From NCBI GenBank assembly GCA_028023455.1, contig JAQFVV010000007.1:18290001-18354000 (forward strand): a stretch of 64,000 bases of DNA, given 5' to 3'. Of the stretch, positions 1 to 14,216 are shown piece by piece; the first letter of the stretch is position 1, and each line of letters begins with the position of its first letter. The translations under genes and the position numbers were made by a program. The stretch comes from Epiperipatus broadwayi (lineage: Eukaryota > Animalia > Onychophora). The notes under the pieces are model-generated. The model saw only the letters and a list, made by a program, of their open reading frames with translations. It was not told where the DNA came from and searched no databases.

Positions 1-304
1 CCATTTTAATATTGTGCAAACCAATATCTTTTATCAAAAGACAACTGTTATAAATTTCTGTATAAAAAGTAAATGCAGATATGTGTTATATATTAATCAG
101 AGTAATATTAGAGTTAACAACAGTTGTTACTAATTATTAAGCAAAAGTACTTAATCATATTTGTAGAAAGACAATTAGTTAAAAAAAAACAGCTACCACA
201 ACAATTAGAAAATCTTTTACTCGCACCATAGTTGTGCCACCAACTGTAAGTTTTACTAACCAATAAATGCCAGATAGTAATGTTTAATAAATTCCTCACC
301 TGTG

Positions 305-972
305 CCATCCTATCTAATGTCTCTAGACTAATTTCTAGTTATAGCTTTAATTAGCACTGGTTAAAAATTTATTAAAGTCTGGAGATAATGCATGAGTAGG
401 CACTAGATAGGGATTTTATGCACAAATCATCTTGCATCCACTGATTACTATGGCTTGCACTGGATGTCACTACTAAATGGAAAGTTTTTCACTAACAGGT
501 TTCTCTGGGCATAGTGGCCGAGAGATTTCTGACTTCAATACAAGGAGAAGCCACAATACATCACATCATTGTTTTAACAACTTGTTTAAGCATAGAAAAT
601 GGTGATTATGTGCTATTTAGAGGATTAATATTTCTGTCCATGGAATGATGATGACTAAGGTTATTAAAGAACCAAAGACAACAAAATGTAGATACTGAAT
701 TGGGTTCAGATCAATATGACTTTACAAGTGAATGAGCTTGGATTGAAAACATGGTTTTTTTTTTGACTCATTTTAACTAAAAATGTGGCTACTGGAGAGT
801 TGTATTAGATCCTAAAATCTAAGTGCTATGCTCTCACATCCAAGGCTCCTCACTAATGAAAGCTACAAGCTAGAAATTATTCAGGAGTTTTTGAAGAGTA
901 TGCACTACATAGGGATTTTATGCACAAACCTTCTATGGCTGGCACTGGATGGCAGTATTGTATGCAGAATTT
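305..972. mobile_element. Hammerhead element (family A), degenerate, more than one monomer
   Basis: Short - strand ribozyme remnant at ~305-352, then + strand post-ribozyme, pre-ribozyme, degenerate core (853-882) and post-ribozyme sequence. Confidence 0.75.
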
Positions 973-1029
973 GTTTTTGATAAATGAAGCAAAGAAAAGA
1001 AAGGGACTGATAAAAAAATTAATAGTGTT

Positions 1030-2850
1030 TCATATAAAAATATGATGTAGCTAGAATTATATGGTAGCGGCAGTAGCAGGGTTAACATATGGTAAAGATA
1101 CATTATGTGTTAGTAAAGGAAGGTTAGATTACTTAGAAAAAGTACAAAAAGAAGTAAAAAGACATGCATTAGATGCAGATGTAAGGACAACAAAGGATGC
1201 AATTCAAGGAGAGATGGGATGCCAAATTTTTATATGAGATGCAAAATGAAAATGTTCAGTAGATTGCAATTTATGGATAATAAGAGAATAGCCAAAACAG
1301 TATCTAATTGGGTTATGAATAAAGGGCAGGCAACAAGATGGATGAGAAAGGTAGTATGGTATGCAAAAGATTTGGATAAAAAAATTTTGTCAGTATACTT
1401 ATACAAAAGGTGGAATGATTGTGTTAGGAGAATTGTTGGGGATTGTAGTGGCAAGGAATGTAATAGAAAAATAGATGCATTAATAAAAAATAGGGAGGTG
1501 GAGAGATGGAGAACTAGTATGGAAAGTAAAAATAGTTTAACTATACTGTATATAGAATTAAACAGAATATTGGTGCAAGTTAATTTATGATAATAGCAAT
1601 GAAAGTAGTTTACTGTTTAAGGCTCTATCAGGATCTTTAGTAACAAGGGAATATACACATAAATGTAAAAATATGGGTGATATTTAGTCTGCAAGTTATG
1701 TAGGGAAGGCATAGAAAATATTAGGCATATGTTAATTGAATGTAAATGCCTGAAAGCAGAAAGGGTACAGATAATGAAGTTGTGGAAGAATAAATATGAA
1801 CAAAGTGATTATACAGAAAGTGAGTTCTTGGTTTTTATATTGGGTTTTGGAAAAGATAAGGGTGATTTAGATATAAAGGCCATAAAATTGACAAAGATTG
1901 TTATGGAAATGGGATGGAGCAGGGTAGAGAAGAATATGGGAAAAACTTTAGAATGGGGAATGGAAAGGGAAGGTAAGGTGGCTAACAGATTTCTCTGGGC
2001 ATAGTGGCTGAGAGACTTCTGACTCTGAAAAAGAAGCCACAGTGCATCACACCATATCAAATAAAATGAAAATGTTTGGTAGATTGCAGTTTATGGATAA
2101 TAAAAGAATAGCCAAAATAGTATTTAATTGGGTTATGAGCAAAAGTGGGCAACAAAATGGGTGAGAAAGGTAATGTGGTATGCAGAAGATTTGGATAAAG
2201 AATTTATATCAGTATACTTGTACAAAAGGTGGGATGTTTGTGTTAGAAAAATTGTTGAGTATTATAGTGGTAAGGAATGGGGTAGAAGAATAGATGCATT
2301 AGAGTTGGAGAGATGAGGAACTAGTATGGAGAGTAAAAAGATAAATATATATAAAAGTAATTGGAACATTGGGTGCAAGTTAATGTATGATAATAGCAAG
2401 GAAAGTAGTTTACAGTTTAAGGCTCAAATGGGATCTTTAGCAACAAGATAATAGACACGTAAATGGAAAAATATGGGTGATTTAGTCTGCAAGTTGTGTA
2501 AGGAAGGCATATAAAATATTAGGCATCTGTTGATTCAATGTAAATGCTTGAAAGCAAAAGGGGTACAAATAATGAAGTTATGGAAGACTAAATATAAACA
2601 AAGTGATTATACAGAAAGTGGGTTATTGGTTTTTATGCTGGGTTTGGAAAAAGATAAGGGAGATTTAGATATGAAGGCCATGAAGTTGACAAAGATTATG
2701 TTGTGGAAATGGGATGGAGCAGATTATGGGAAAACTTAGGGTGGGGAATGGCAAGGCAAGATAAAGTGGCTAACAGGTTTTTCTGGACATAGTAGCTGAG
2801 AGATTTCTGACTCTGTATAAGAAGAAGTCACAGTGCATCACATAACATCA
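1030..2850 (+). mobile_element. Non-LTR retrotransposon 3' end with CCHC knuckle, tandemly duplicated
   Basis: CKLCREGIENIRHMLIEC at ~1690-1743 and a second copy at ~2487-2545; 1245-2055 is repeated at 2061-2850; (catca)n-like tail. Confidence 0.7.
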
Positions 2851-3394
2851 CAAGCACTAACATCTGGCATCTATTGATTACTAAAGTTTACATTTGATGG
2901 CATAACTGGATGAGAGAAATTTTTTTTTGATTGAATAGCTATTGGCATTAATCACAACAACAGAAACATTATTTTTAAATAAATACTCATGTTGGATAAT
3001 TGCAAACTCAATCATTTTCACATGAATAGATTTTTCTTTGTTTCAGAAGTTATGTCTGCTACTTCTTGGTCATTTTTAAACATTTTTATTTACTTACATG
3101 CATTACTGTATTAACATGACTCTGGGATTATCATAATTTTTGATTATAGCAAATTAAATAAATGATGCTGTAAAAAAAAAAGATTTTGTACCTAAGGATT
3201 CACTAATAAGAATATCCCTTGATTTTTCCAGTAACAGAATCTAACAGATAAAGAAGCCCACTCTGCACATTATTGAGAAACTGTGGATTCATCAGGCTAG
3301 CATGATGACTAAATATTTTTAAAACTAAATTATAAACTATTCTAAATTAGCTTGGAAATCCTCAACTATCTTAAATTTAAAAAAAAATACTTTA

Positions 3395-3710
3395 GATCAT
3401 CATCACTTTCAAGATTATTGATACAATGCAGAATGAAGATCTATCCAAGTTCAATCCATCTTCTCCAATCTCTAGCATCTCATCTTCATGTCACTCCAGC
3501 TGACTTCATTATTTTATCTATCCAACTCACATGTGGTTTCTTTATAGGTTTTTTACAATATCTTGGAATCCAGTTTAAGATTTCAATTATTCATCTATTA
3601 TCATCTCTTTTAGCAATATGTCCAGCCCAACTCCACTTCAGTCTTTTAATTCTTTCAATAATGTCAGTAACACCTGTTTGCTCATTTACCTATGTATTCT
3701 GTATACTTTA
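3395..3710 (-). mobile_element. RTE 3' fragment
   Basis: Similar to 21286-21590, with a catcat tail. Confidence 0.8.
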
Positions 3711-4379
3711 GATATCAAATTCCAAGTCATGACATAGTATAAACAGTTGTGTTGAGCACTTCAGTATAAAACCTTTGAGGAAAAAATAGTTATATATATT
3801 TTTTGAAACTCATTTCGAAATGGATTTAATAGAAAAGCTAAAGTTTATAAAAATATATACATGTGTGCCTACTTTTAAACCTAACTTTGAGGTGTTCAAA
3901 AATATGTGATGATGTCATTTTATTTGCAATTATATGATGAACTATTTTCGTTTAAATTTTTCAAATATATTATGTTAAGTAAGAGCACACAGGTTAGTAA
4001 ATAACACATCATTGTGAGTGATATTACCCTTCTCTTCTTCAGATGTTGCTGACCTAATCAGTGACAGTCCTAGCATGATTTTTAGAAGCACTAATACTAA
4101 ATTTAAGATGATATTTTGCTAGAATAGTCTAGTTGTTTAGAGTAACACCTTATATTCAATATTCACAAATCTAAAGGCACCAGCCAGGTTCGATTTCCAT
4201 ACTTGTATGATTAGGTCAGCAATATTTGGAAGACATAATAATAACAACATTCCAAATTACTGGTTATTGAATGAATGTATGTAAAAGTTTAAATGAAGTT
4301 TAATTTTTTCTAAAATCATTTAGCGATTAATTATAGATGATGAAAGTAGTTAAACATATTATTACTAGCCATAAATAGT

Positions 4380-5760
4380 TTAAGGTCACGGTAAAATTGG
4401 CGGACTAGAGTTACAGTTTTCTAAATTGATTCCGAGCTGAGTTAAATAAAAAAAAAAAAAACAAGAACATGAGTTTATTCGATTAAATGGATGCATATAT
4501 CTAAGCCTATATAACTCGGTGCTTGAACATCATTTGATCTCCTGAACAATTGACGCAGTCAGTGATCGCAGAATGCCATTCGATTATCAGATTTGCCTAA
4601 TATGTACTGAAATTGAAAAAAAAAAAACATCTGAGACTTTTTCAATTTCCCTAAAAGCGAGATTTCAATTCAATCCCCCCATCCGCCATATATTCCCGAC
4701 CGTCTGGATGGTAAACATTGCTGCGCTAATTAAAATTTACAAGATAGTCGATGGAGTGTTACATCCTGACTGTTTTCTTCTCTCTTTTTTCATCTTATTA
4801 GGATGAAACACGAAGTACAGAGTACTGTGTACGTATATAACCTGTAAAAAAAAAAAAAAAATCATTATTATATATTTGTTTTACGCTATTTTTATTAATT
4901 TTTGTTTAAAAATTCGTTTTAAATATCTACTTCCGCTAGTTGCCTCCCTCCCCTCCTTCGATTCATGCTTAAAAATATTATTAATTTTTAAAAAAGTTGA
5001 ATTTATGTATTTAAATAGAATTTTATTGTTTTCTGTTAAATTAAAATTTAAGACAAATTTTTATTATAACGTCAGTTCAAAAATTATTTTCAGTTTTCTT
5101 ATAAAAAGTAATTGAACGATATATAATTTATTGATATTTAAAAATATATTCACTTCCTCATCAATAAACAATACCTTACTAATAACATTTTCAACAATAT
5201 TATTGAAGTCGTAAATTTCTGTAAGCCAAACCACACCTCTATTTCCGGTGAAAAGACGACAAATTCTGAAGTGGAAGTAATTTTTAAAGGCTGAAACCCC
5301 CATGAGTTTGCTAAGACCGACAGTAAATATCTCCGGAAGGTAAATAATTGCCTGACATGGCGATCTGAGATCTCGAACTAGTAATCCATCCATCAAGGTG
5401 AAATTGCTCTTAGTCATACTACAGCCGTACAGCAACTAAACAATCGCTTTTGATGTAATTTTTTAAAAAAGTCTTGTCATAAAGATGGCGTTGCTACTAG
5501 GAGCCGACTGTTAGGCGACGAATTTTAGAAGCAATTTTACTTGGCTTTTATTATTTATTTCAGTCTTTTTTATTAAAGTTAGCTGTAAATAAAAGCCTTT
5601 TATATACATGTAATAAATAAAATTATTACCGTTCGTTATCAATCATGCGTTTATATTATTTATTGTTAACGCATTTATATTCTTGCTACAAATTTGACCA
5701 TCAAATCGATTTGGCGACTCGAAGAATCGTTTTTTGATATTATTTTATTACTGTATTATG
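4380..5760. promoter_or_regulatory. CpG-retaining promoter-like region with a YY1/Pho-type motif
   Basis: Many CpGs relative to the depleted flanks. AAGATGGCG at 5482-5490. + strand donor-like cggaag|gtaaat at 5339 and - strand acceptor-like (t)n-acag at 4842-4860. Confidence 0.55.
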
Positions 5761-6519
5761 TGTAGTAGTGATATTAATTAACCAGAAGCATTAATTTTTA
5801 AAATCTGATTTTCCATAATTAAATTATAAAAGATTACTAAACCAGTATTTGTTTTGCATGAAAATGATATAATGAAAATTATCAAACTGTCAAAATGAGC
5901 ATGGAGATATAATGTTGATAATTGAGATGTAAAGTGAATATCTGGACTAAGGATAATCTCTAGTTTAATAAATTATTAGCAATCGGCATTAAGGTATTTA
6001 TGTGAAGTGGTTGATGTTAAAGTCGTGAGTGTTAGAAAATTTGACACTTATAAATGAAACTGTAATAATTTCCTATCTATAAATACTGAATAAATGATAA
6101 ATCTGTAAATGATTGTGAGTTCGAAACAATTGGCGAGTGCTGCTCAGCTATAAATGTGCATCTGGTATCAACAAAAGATTTATCAAGTATATAAAACACC
6201 AAAAGTATTTTTATCGTATATATAGCTGAATAAAAATATTTTTAAATAGTCTATAACAGAATAAGGACGGTTCAGCATCTCTCCAAAAGGAACAGTAGAG
6301 AGAAGACCTGTCTTAGCCAAATAGTCAATTGTGAATTAGTCTGAATTTTTATGACATTTAATTTTTGTTCTCTCCTGCTAAGAATGCCTAGACTCAAATT
6401 TACTAACCAATAATTGTAGATTTAGCTAAGTCAATTATGAGGCACTAAGTTTGAATTTGAACTTGAATTTGTAAGTTTGGAAAGCAACATTAATTAGAAG
6501 ATACAAGTCTCCAAATAGT

Positions 6520-6760
6520 TTCTATGATCCATAATCTCTCTTCTCCGCATCATGCTAGATAACTTTCTTATTTCATCCATCTGTTTCACATATGCCATTT
6601 TTGTCTTTTACAATCTCTTGGAAACCAATTTAAAACCTCAACCATCCATTTAGCAACATATATACCTAGTTCCATTCAGTCTTCTATTTTTTTCCAATGA
6701 CAGTAGTGGTTTGTTCTTTCACCCATGTATTTCATTTTCAATCTCTTGTTGTTAACCCTA
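6520..6760 (-). mobile_element. Older RTE 3' fragment
   Basis: Degenerate similarity to 21330-21600. Confidence 0.55.
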
Positions 6761-9700
6761 TTTAATTATTATACTTTGATTTATGTGTCAAAATTTCTGC
6801 CCTCATCACTTTGATACATTTCGCATAAACACATTAATATTATTATTAATCATTTATACATCTCTAGCCTAGATGTAAACTTTAAATCTCAATCAAAGAT
6901 CTATAATAATTCATTTTAATCTTCTTTTTCCTATGGGCATTCTTTAGTTATATCTAAAACTTCAGTCCACTATGCATTCTTGAAACATTTTAACAATATC
7001 AGTTGCTTTTATTGTGTTCATTAAATTATCTTCCATAAATAAATAATTTTTATAAATTTTCTCTATCAAAAACCAAGACAGTGATCTTCAGTTTATTAAC
7101 TATAAAATTGTCTCACAATTCAATGTGCAGTGATAAAACCTTTATTTACAATAGGAATTTAATTTTCTTTTAATGAAATTTATTTTACTTATCTTTCAAC
7201 TTGTTAAATATTTTCCTTGTTTTTCCTGGTGGCAATTTTTTTAATCATCCAGTATTTGATTTTAGTTTTAAATCTTTTTTCTGTAATAGAATAAATTGGA
7301 CTTGATTTGTTAGAAATATAAGATTACAAACAAAAAACATACTAAAAAATTATATTTGAACTTTGCAAATATAGAAAAAATAACAATAAAGGTGATCTTT
7401 TTTCTGATTGGACAGTATAATGTAATGGTAAGAATTGTCCCTCCACGTAACAAAATCTAGAACACATGCAAAATATACTAAAGCTGATCGAGTACGGATA
7501 CTGGGATCCCGAATCCGACCAACATTCAATCCTTTCAATTCTGCTCAACGATTTAATACCTATAGATGACATTTCTCAACGTACACAGACATTCAATTTA
7601 ACTTCGGTCCGGCAGTCACTCAGGGTGGAACAATAAGACTCATAGATTAACTAATTGAGCACTGATTTGTTCAGATATACACACATATGACTAAATAGTT
7701 AATCAAAATATCAATAATTGATTATGAAATTTAATAGAATAATCTATCTATAGATATAATGATGTATGTGCAATTAAATATAGACTTGGATAAAATGAAC
7801 TCACGGACAATAAAAATTATGGAAATGAGTTATAATTTTAAATATTATTAATTTAATACAACAATGACAAATAATAAATCAAAATATACAAAATTATGTG
7901 ATAGGAACGTGAGATATAACGCTCGCAGGTGTTAGATAACTAATGAGATTAATGTTACATATATCATTATAAGCATTTAATAAAGTGTAGTGCGGTGTTG
8001 GAGTTTATGCCTATATTAATATGCTAAATTTCTAGCTCTTTTGTAGTCTGCTAGATCATACGGAACTATATAGCCAAAGTTATGGAACTAACTATAATAG
8101 CGCTCCTATGATGTCTATCTATACAAAGTTAAATCGAGCATGTAATTGGGCTCAGAGATATGCAGGTTAGCATGTTAACCTAGATTAGGATGTACACTAA
8201 TGCTAGATAAGCATTTAATATAAAAGGAGAGAAAACTGGTTTATAATAGGTTTATCTATATACTCTATGGCACATATCAAAATATTAATAAAGCAAAAAG
8301 GTGCGAATGGGTCATTATTCACGGGCTTCAGTCTCCAAAGACTTGGTTTGCCCTAAGACTGCTCAACTTGCCATGAATAAGAACATTAGTAGTTCAGGGA
8401 GTCGGATAAGCATTATGAATAATCTAGGTCCTTGTGCCTAGTTCTAAAAGTGTGCTTGAACCCAAACTAAAAGTGGATGAGTGTGGCCTCCACCAGCACA
8501 TCATCAAGAATCATGCAGCAAGCAGATAAGTGTACATTACATACTTTGTAAGGATACATCCGCAACTTATACATATATATAACACAAATGCGTAAAATTA
8601 TATTATCGTGCCTTAAAATTAGATAGCGTCTATTTGCATATCTATACAATCTAGTTCTCAAATTTAGTATTTCAAATATACTATTTAGGGACTAAATTAA
8701 TTAGTAACCTAGTTTAATATTATCACCTGCATCTCAACATATATAAGTCTAAGGAGGATAAAGCATATTTGCGGGGTAATTATGAGTAAAACATTAAAAT
8801 ATGCTTTGAGAATATATCTGTGGCTAGTTCCTATGATGTACGAGTTATATATATAAATAGTTATAATTTATAACTAGAATTAAGCAAACTACAAATTTAA
8901 CTAAATAACTGATTATTGTAATATTAATACCCAAAACTTAATCAGTAAAATAATAATATGATCTCGAAATAGCGAGTGAGAATGAAGAATAATAATTCAA
9001 TTATTTAATATTTATTATAGCGAAGATTTGAAATTATCTTCGCAAATCGATAAGCTAAAATTATATTTATAAATACTTGCAGTTTCGAGTCATTTGGCAT
9101 ATTAAATACATATAATAATAAAATGATAAAATCTTAGAATAAATCATATAGATTTAGAAATAGGTATAAAAAGACCACAGAAAATTATACATTTAAAATA
9201 GATTATTAGAGTTTTACATTTTAAAAGAGAATTCGAGTTTTACATTTTAAAAGAGAATTCAAGTTTTACAATCAGGCAAGATCTAGCATTTAATAGTCTT
9301 CTTTGCAGATTTTAGTAAAGGTGTTTGGGAAAGGCAGATTTAATAAATAGCTAGCTTTTAAAAGAAAGAATCGAAAGTTACAGTTTATAAACAGAGCTCT
9401 TAGAGAAAACTTACCATTCAGTTGTTTCCATTGCAGTTAGTTTCTGGAGCACTTGGGAAGATATTAAGTTGACACTTTTGACGATGATTTAAAGATAATA
9501 GAGATTTACCATGGGCTGCACTTGGCTTTGCTGGTGTACAGCATTAGGTTTTATTGGACCACAGTTCTTCTCCATTCCACAAGGGCAAGCGGTGAATTAT
9601 GGCTGTCTACTCAACCATTTGGAAGATAAAACGAGCATAGATTATGTTAACAATTCACTTATTATATATATGATCGAATACTTGGCAACAAAACTTTTAG

Positions 9701-12700
9701 TATTTATACTTTTTAAACTCTGGCCACTTGTAAATGTTTTGTGAGCTTGTACGTAGCTGAAAAGTCCATTTTTTTATTTTAGCAAAACATATTTAATAGT
9801 TACAACCAGTAGAAAAACCCATTCATTTATTTTAGAAACACATTTTTAATTATAACCAGTAATTGAGATTTTGTTTTCCTGCTGTTATGTTGTTATTAAC
9901 ATTTTATATTTACCAAATCAAGTCCACACTATTTTAGGACCAATGTGTGACCTACTTCAAGATCTGTTTACAAGATCAAAATGTTATTTTGACAAAGTTA
10001 CTTTCATAATTAGTAGAAGACTAATTTTATAACCATACATGCAGAATAACAGGAAATATACGTATGTGATTTCAATAATACAACAATAAAGTTGGCTAAA
10101 TAATTTAACTAAGATATTTCTTAAACTAGAAATATTTATAAAATGAATATACATATCTGAAATATATACCAATAATATAACAATAATTTAAACTAAAATA
10201 TTTCTTAAATTAGAAATACTTATAACAGGATACATATCTGTAATATATACGTATACTATTAAATTACAGACATTCTGCTCGCATATATATACGTGATTCT
10301 GCATATATAGTAATTTAATGTTATTTAAGTGGGTACTCTGAGAGGGTTTAAACCTGGAATATGGATAGATGTGTGGGTAAAATAAGTGAAATGGGCAGAT
10401 GGATGAAACTGACCGTTTCAATAAAAAGAAAATCGTCTTAAAGTCAATAAAAAGCAACAATCAATAAAATCTGTTTATTGAATATTCTTTTTAAAATGTA
10501 ACTGAATAAATGTGAAACCATCATAAAGCTGTAAAATTCTTTTTTAAAATTTAAAATTGCATTTGTAATTTTTAAAATATAACATTACAGAAAAAACTAC
10601 TTAAAAAAAAAAGACATTAACTGCTGCAGTTTTCTATTGACTATCATTAAATAAAATCGAAAGAAAACCATATACTTTTTGTTTTAAAATAATTATTATA
10701 CAAATGTTGTGTAAAATAATCATAAATATTTAAATAAACTAGACAATTTTTTTTGCATGCTCTGAATTTAATTAAATCTTTTCAATCTCAAAACCAGAGA
10801 ACAAAGAACTTAGCAATCAGTGACATGGTAGGTAGGACTAGATTACTTTGAAGTTTTTAATGGCTGAAAAACAGTGACCTCTTCAGATGTTTTTTTGAAC
10901 TAATCAATATTATTTTTAATTTTACTTTTCACCATCAATTAAACACCAATCAGCAAAATAGCACTTAGAAGTACCTATAGTAGAGTGAAGGAAAGTTGAA
11001 AGTAGTCATTACACTTTTTAGAGATCTCCAAATGAAGTATTTTGTAATTATTTACAGAAGTATTATTAGTAGTTTGTAATAATATATTTTAAAAAAATAT
11101 ATGCTTTTAAAAATTTTTTTTATATAAGAATGTGCTTAATTCTCAAAAATACATATTTTTAATAAAGTAGCAATAAGTAAATAAGCTTCATTAAATTTAA
11201 AAACACATATAAAAATAGAATAGGTAACTTTGAAATAATTATCTGTAGTTAAACAACCTGCTAAAGAGGTTGTTTTCTATCAATTGAAATTAGATTTAAG
11301 AAAGAGCTTTGTTCTGTTTGCAGGATTATTTAGTGGAGCAGAGACATTACAAAAAGTGTGAAAAAAAAAATTAAAAGACTTTAGATCTGTGTTTGGGGAA
11401 GAATAGGAAGCTTAAATTGGAAATGTAAGATAAGTGTAAAAATGACAGGAAAAAAGTAAATGGGAAAAGATTATCTTTTGAAGAAATTGTAAAGAGAATG
11501 ATGTCTAGAAAAAGTACAAGAAGAACAAAGAGCAGATTGATAATCGTTAAAGAGTAAAGTAGCCATCAATATTTAAAAAAGTAAAACAGTGACAGAAAGG
11601 CCAAGAGAAAGTTGGTTGATATGTGAGAATCTGCTATTTGGCAGCTAACTGATAATGATGTTCCTTATTTCATTTTGATTACATATACAATATGTGTTCC
11701 CTTAGGAATTTTAATTTCACACTCTTGATGGATTAAAAGAAATACTGCAATGTACATAGTAGCATTTGGTTGCTGCAAAAATTTGGATTAAAGTAATTAT
11801 TTTGACATGTTGCCTGATTAAAAGGTTTAATTTCATTTAATAAATTTATATCTTAGAGCTATACTATTTTTTTTTTAATAGAACCAAAATAACCTTTTAA
11901 AATATTTAAAATGCTTTTACTGAAAAGACAAATCAGCTTGAAAGGGCTTTAATTTGATTGTATTGAGTGAGTAACAATGAGATGAACTCCACCATACCAT
12001 TAATAATAATTATAAGAATTATGTGGATAATTGCTTAGGAGGAGATGATATTTGATCATTTAAGGCTGTTAAGCATGATAGTTGCAGTTCATCAATTAAG
12101 CATTTTTTTTGCTTTAATCATCTGAGGATCAGTTCTTGAATCTTTAGCTCAGAGTTTAATACAGAATGAAATAAATACTGTATGTTAACTGTATTCAAGC
12201 ACCAACATGACATCTTGAGCCAAAAACCAATCCAGGAAACTAGCTCTTTAATTTGAAGTTCTGTGGTTGTGGTAAGTTTACAAGAAATGCTGTCTAGTTA
12301 TTATCTTTAGAAATTGATATTGTCTGAATGTAAATTAAAAGTCATATGAGGATTATAAGATAAATAATGTTGTAAATGCAGCTATTTTTCAAGTATCTAC
12401 TTTAGTGAAGACTTTTTTTTTCTAAATCTATTTCTAAATCTAAAAAGTTTCCCAAAATTTTCTAGAAATATGTAAAGAAGTTACTGGTAGCCCATTGTTT
12501 GAATACCATACATTTTAAATGAAAGACTTAGTTTAAAGTGCTGTTTAAGCACTAAACATAGAACAAGACATGACTGGGTCAAGAGTAAAAATCCTCAGTA
12601 ATAACTATCTTGTTTTTGCACTTTTCCAATTATTTACATCATATTAGAAAAGTCTTAATTATGACATATTTTAATAGTACTGTAAATAAGATTTATTGAT

Positions 12701-13787
12701 TTGTTATCTTTAAATGCTTAATGTATATGACATGAATGATGCAGTTGACAGTGTAGCAAAAGGTTACAAAACTCATTGGAGGTGAAATAAGAAAATAGGT
12801 ATATAAATGGAAAATAAAACAACAAAGATCATTATTTTAGAAGTGACTAACATAAACAGAAAATACAGAAGAGATATGACTTCTAAAATATTGAATGCAA
12901 AACAAACATTTTATAAAATTTTGGAAATTGATTATGTTAATGGCAAAAGAAGAGAAAGAGATTATGGATGTATATACTTCTAATACTGAACTGCAGAGAA
13001 TAATAAAAAAAACTATTAGATATTGTTGCTGATGCCGAGTGATAAGAATATAATGATTAGGAAAATGAATTTTGAGGATATGATGAGAATGATTGGAGAT
13101 AAACAAAGTCTATGGAAAAGTCTTTCATGGTGCAATACAGTGGTAGAATTCAGATTCTGGAACATAAGGGTCTTCAATTTGATTCCAGTACTGGCATTTG
13201 AACTTCCTGGCAATAAAGTCATTTGATTATTTATTTTTTTGCTCTGCGTGATTTAGTCAATAATAGATTGTTTGACTATGGAGTGAAAGACCTTTGGATT
13301 AATTCCAGTCTGATGAATTCTGAGCCATTTTATTATTTATTTTTTTGCCCTGCATGGTTAAACCCAATGGTAGTGTGTCAGACATTGAACGTAAGAACCT
13401 CGGATCAATTCCAGTTCTGGAAATTCCAGTACTCAATCTTCTTAAGAATTCCTAAGCAATAAAGATATTTGATTGTTATCCTACATAAAAAATAAGATAA
13501 ATTTGTAACTTATAAATAAAAATAATCAAAATTGTCTAGAAATTGAATGAGTAAAACAATAAAAGAGAAAGACCATGGGGGAAAATTCTATCTGATGATT
13601 AAGAATCTATTCTTGATGAAGGTGTTTTTACAAAAGAAAAATCATATTAATTACATAATTTGAACCATTAAAAGATTACAGAAATATTTACTAGTTATGG
13701 AAGAAAAATACTAAATGGGTTTATGTAGTGTGAAGAAAGACATGGTTGTAAGTAAATAAGAAAGTGAAAACTAAAAACATCAAATTT

Positions 13788-14216
13788 TCACAGAGGCTAA
13801 ATTCTACATAGAGTAGCACCATTCAGTGCAAGCAAAAATATATTAATGGATATAAGAAGGTTTGTGCATAAAATCCCTACCTAGTGCCTACTCATTCAAT
13901 ATCCCCAGATTAGTTTTTAGGTTGTGGCTTTCATAAATGAGGAGCCTTGGATCTGAGAGCACTCCACTGGGATCTTAGGATCTAATGCAAGCCTCCAGCA
14001 GCCACCTTTTATCTTATTTAGCTAAAGTTTTGAGTTCACAATAATTAGTCTGAGGATATTGGATGCTTAGGCATTAAATAGGTATTTTATGCACATCCAT
14101 TGATTATTCTGGCTTGCACTAAGTGGCGCTACTGTATGGAGAGTTTAGTCTCTGTGTAAACAGCTTGTGTAAGCATAAAGAATGGCGATCATGTGATATT
14201 TAGTGGTCTAATACCT
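13788..14216. mobile_element. Hammerhead element (family A), head-to-head arms
   Basis: Left arm on -, right arm on +; 9 bp direct repeat atcaaattt at 13779-13787 and 14217-14225; core degenerate. Confidence 0.8.

Noticed and set aside
5302-5339. ATG-containing first coding exon for the SAM gene
   Set aside because: It ends in phase 2 whereas the 18069 exon needs phase 1; no bridging exon was identified.
5064-5435. 123 aa - strand ORF in the promoter region
   Set aside because: No recognisable motif, AT-rich tail and weak start; more likely UTR or promoter sequence.
9215-9275. Short ~26 bp tandem repeat as a CRISPR-like array
   Set aside because: Adjacent copies without unique spacers, in eukaryotic DNA.
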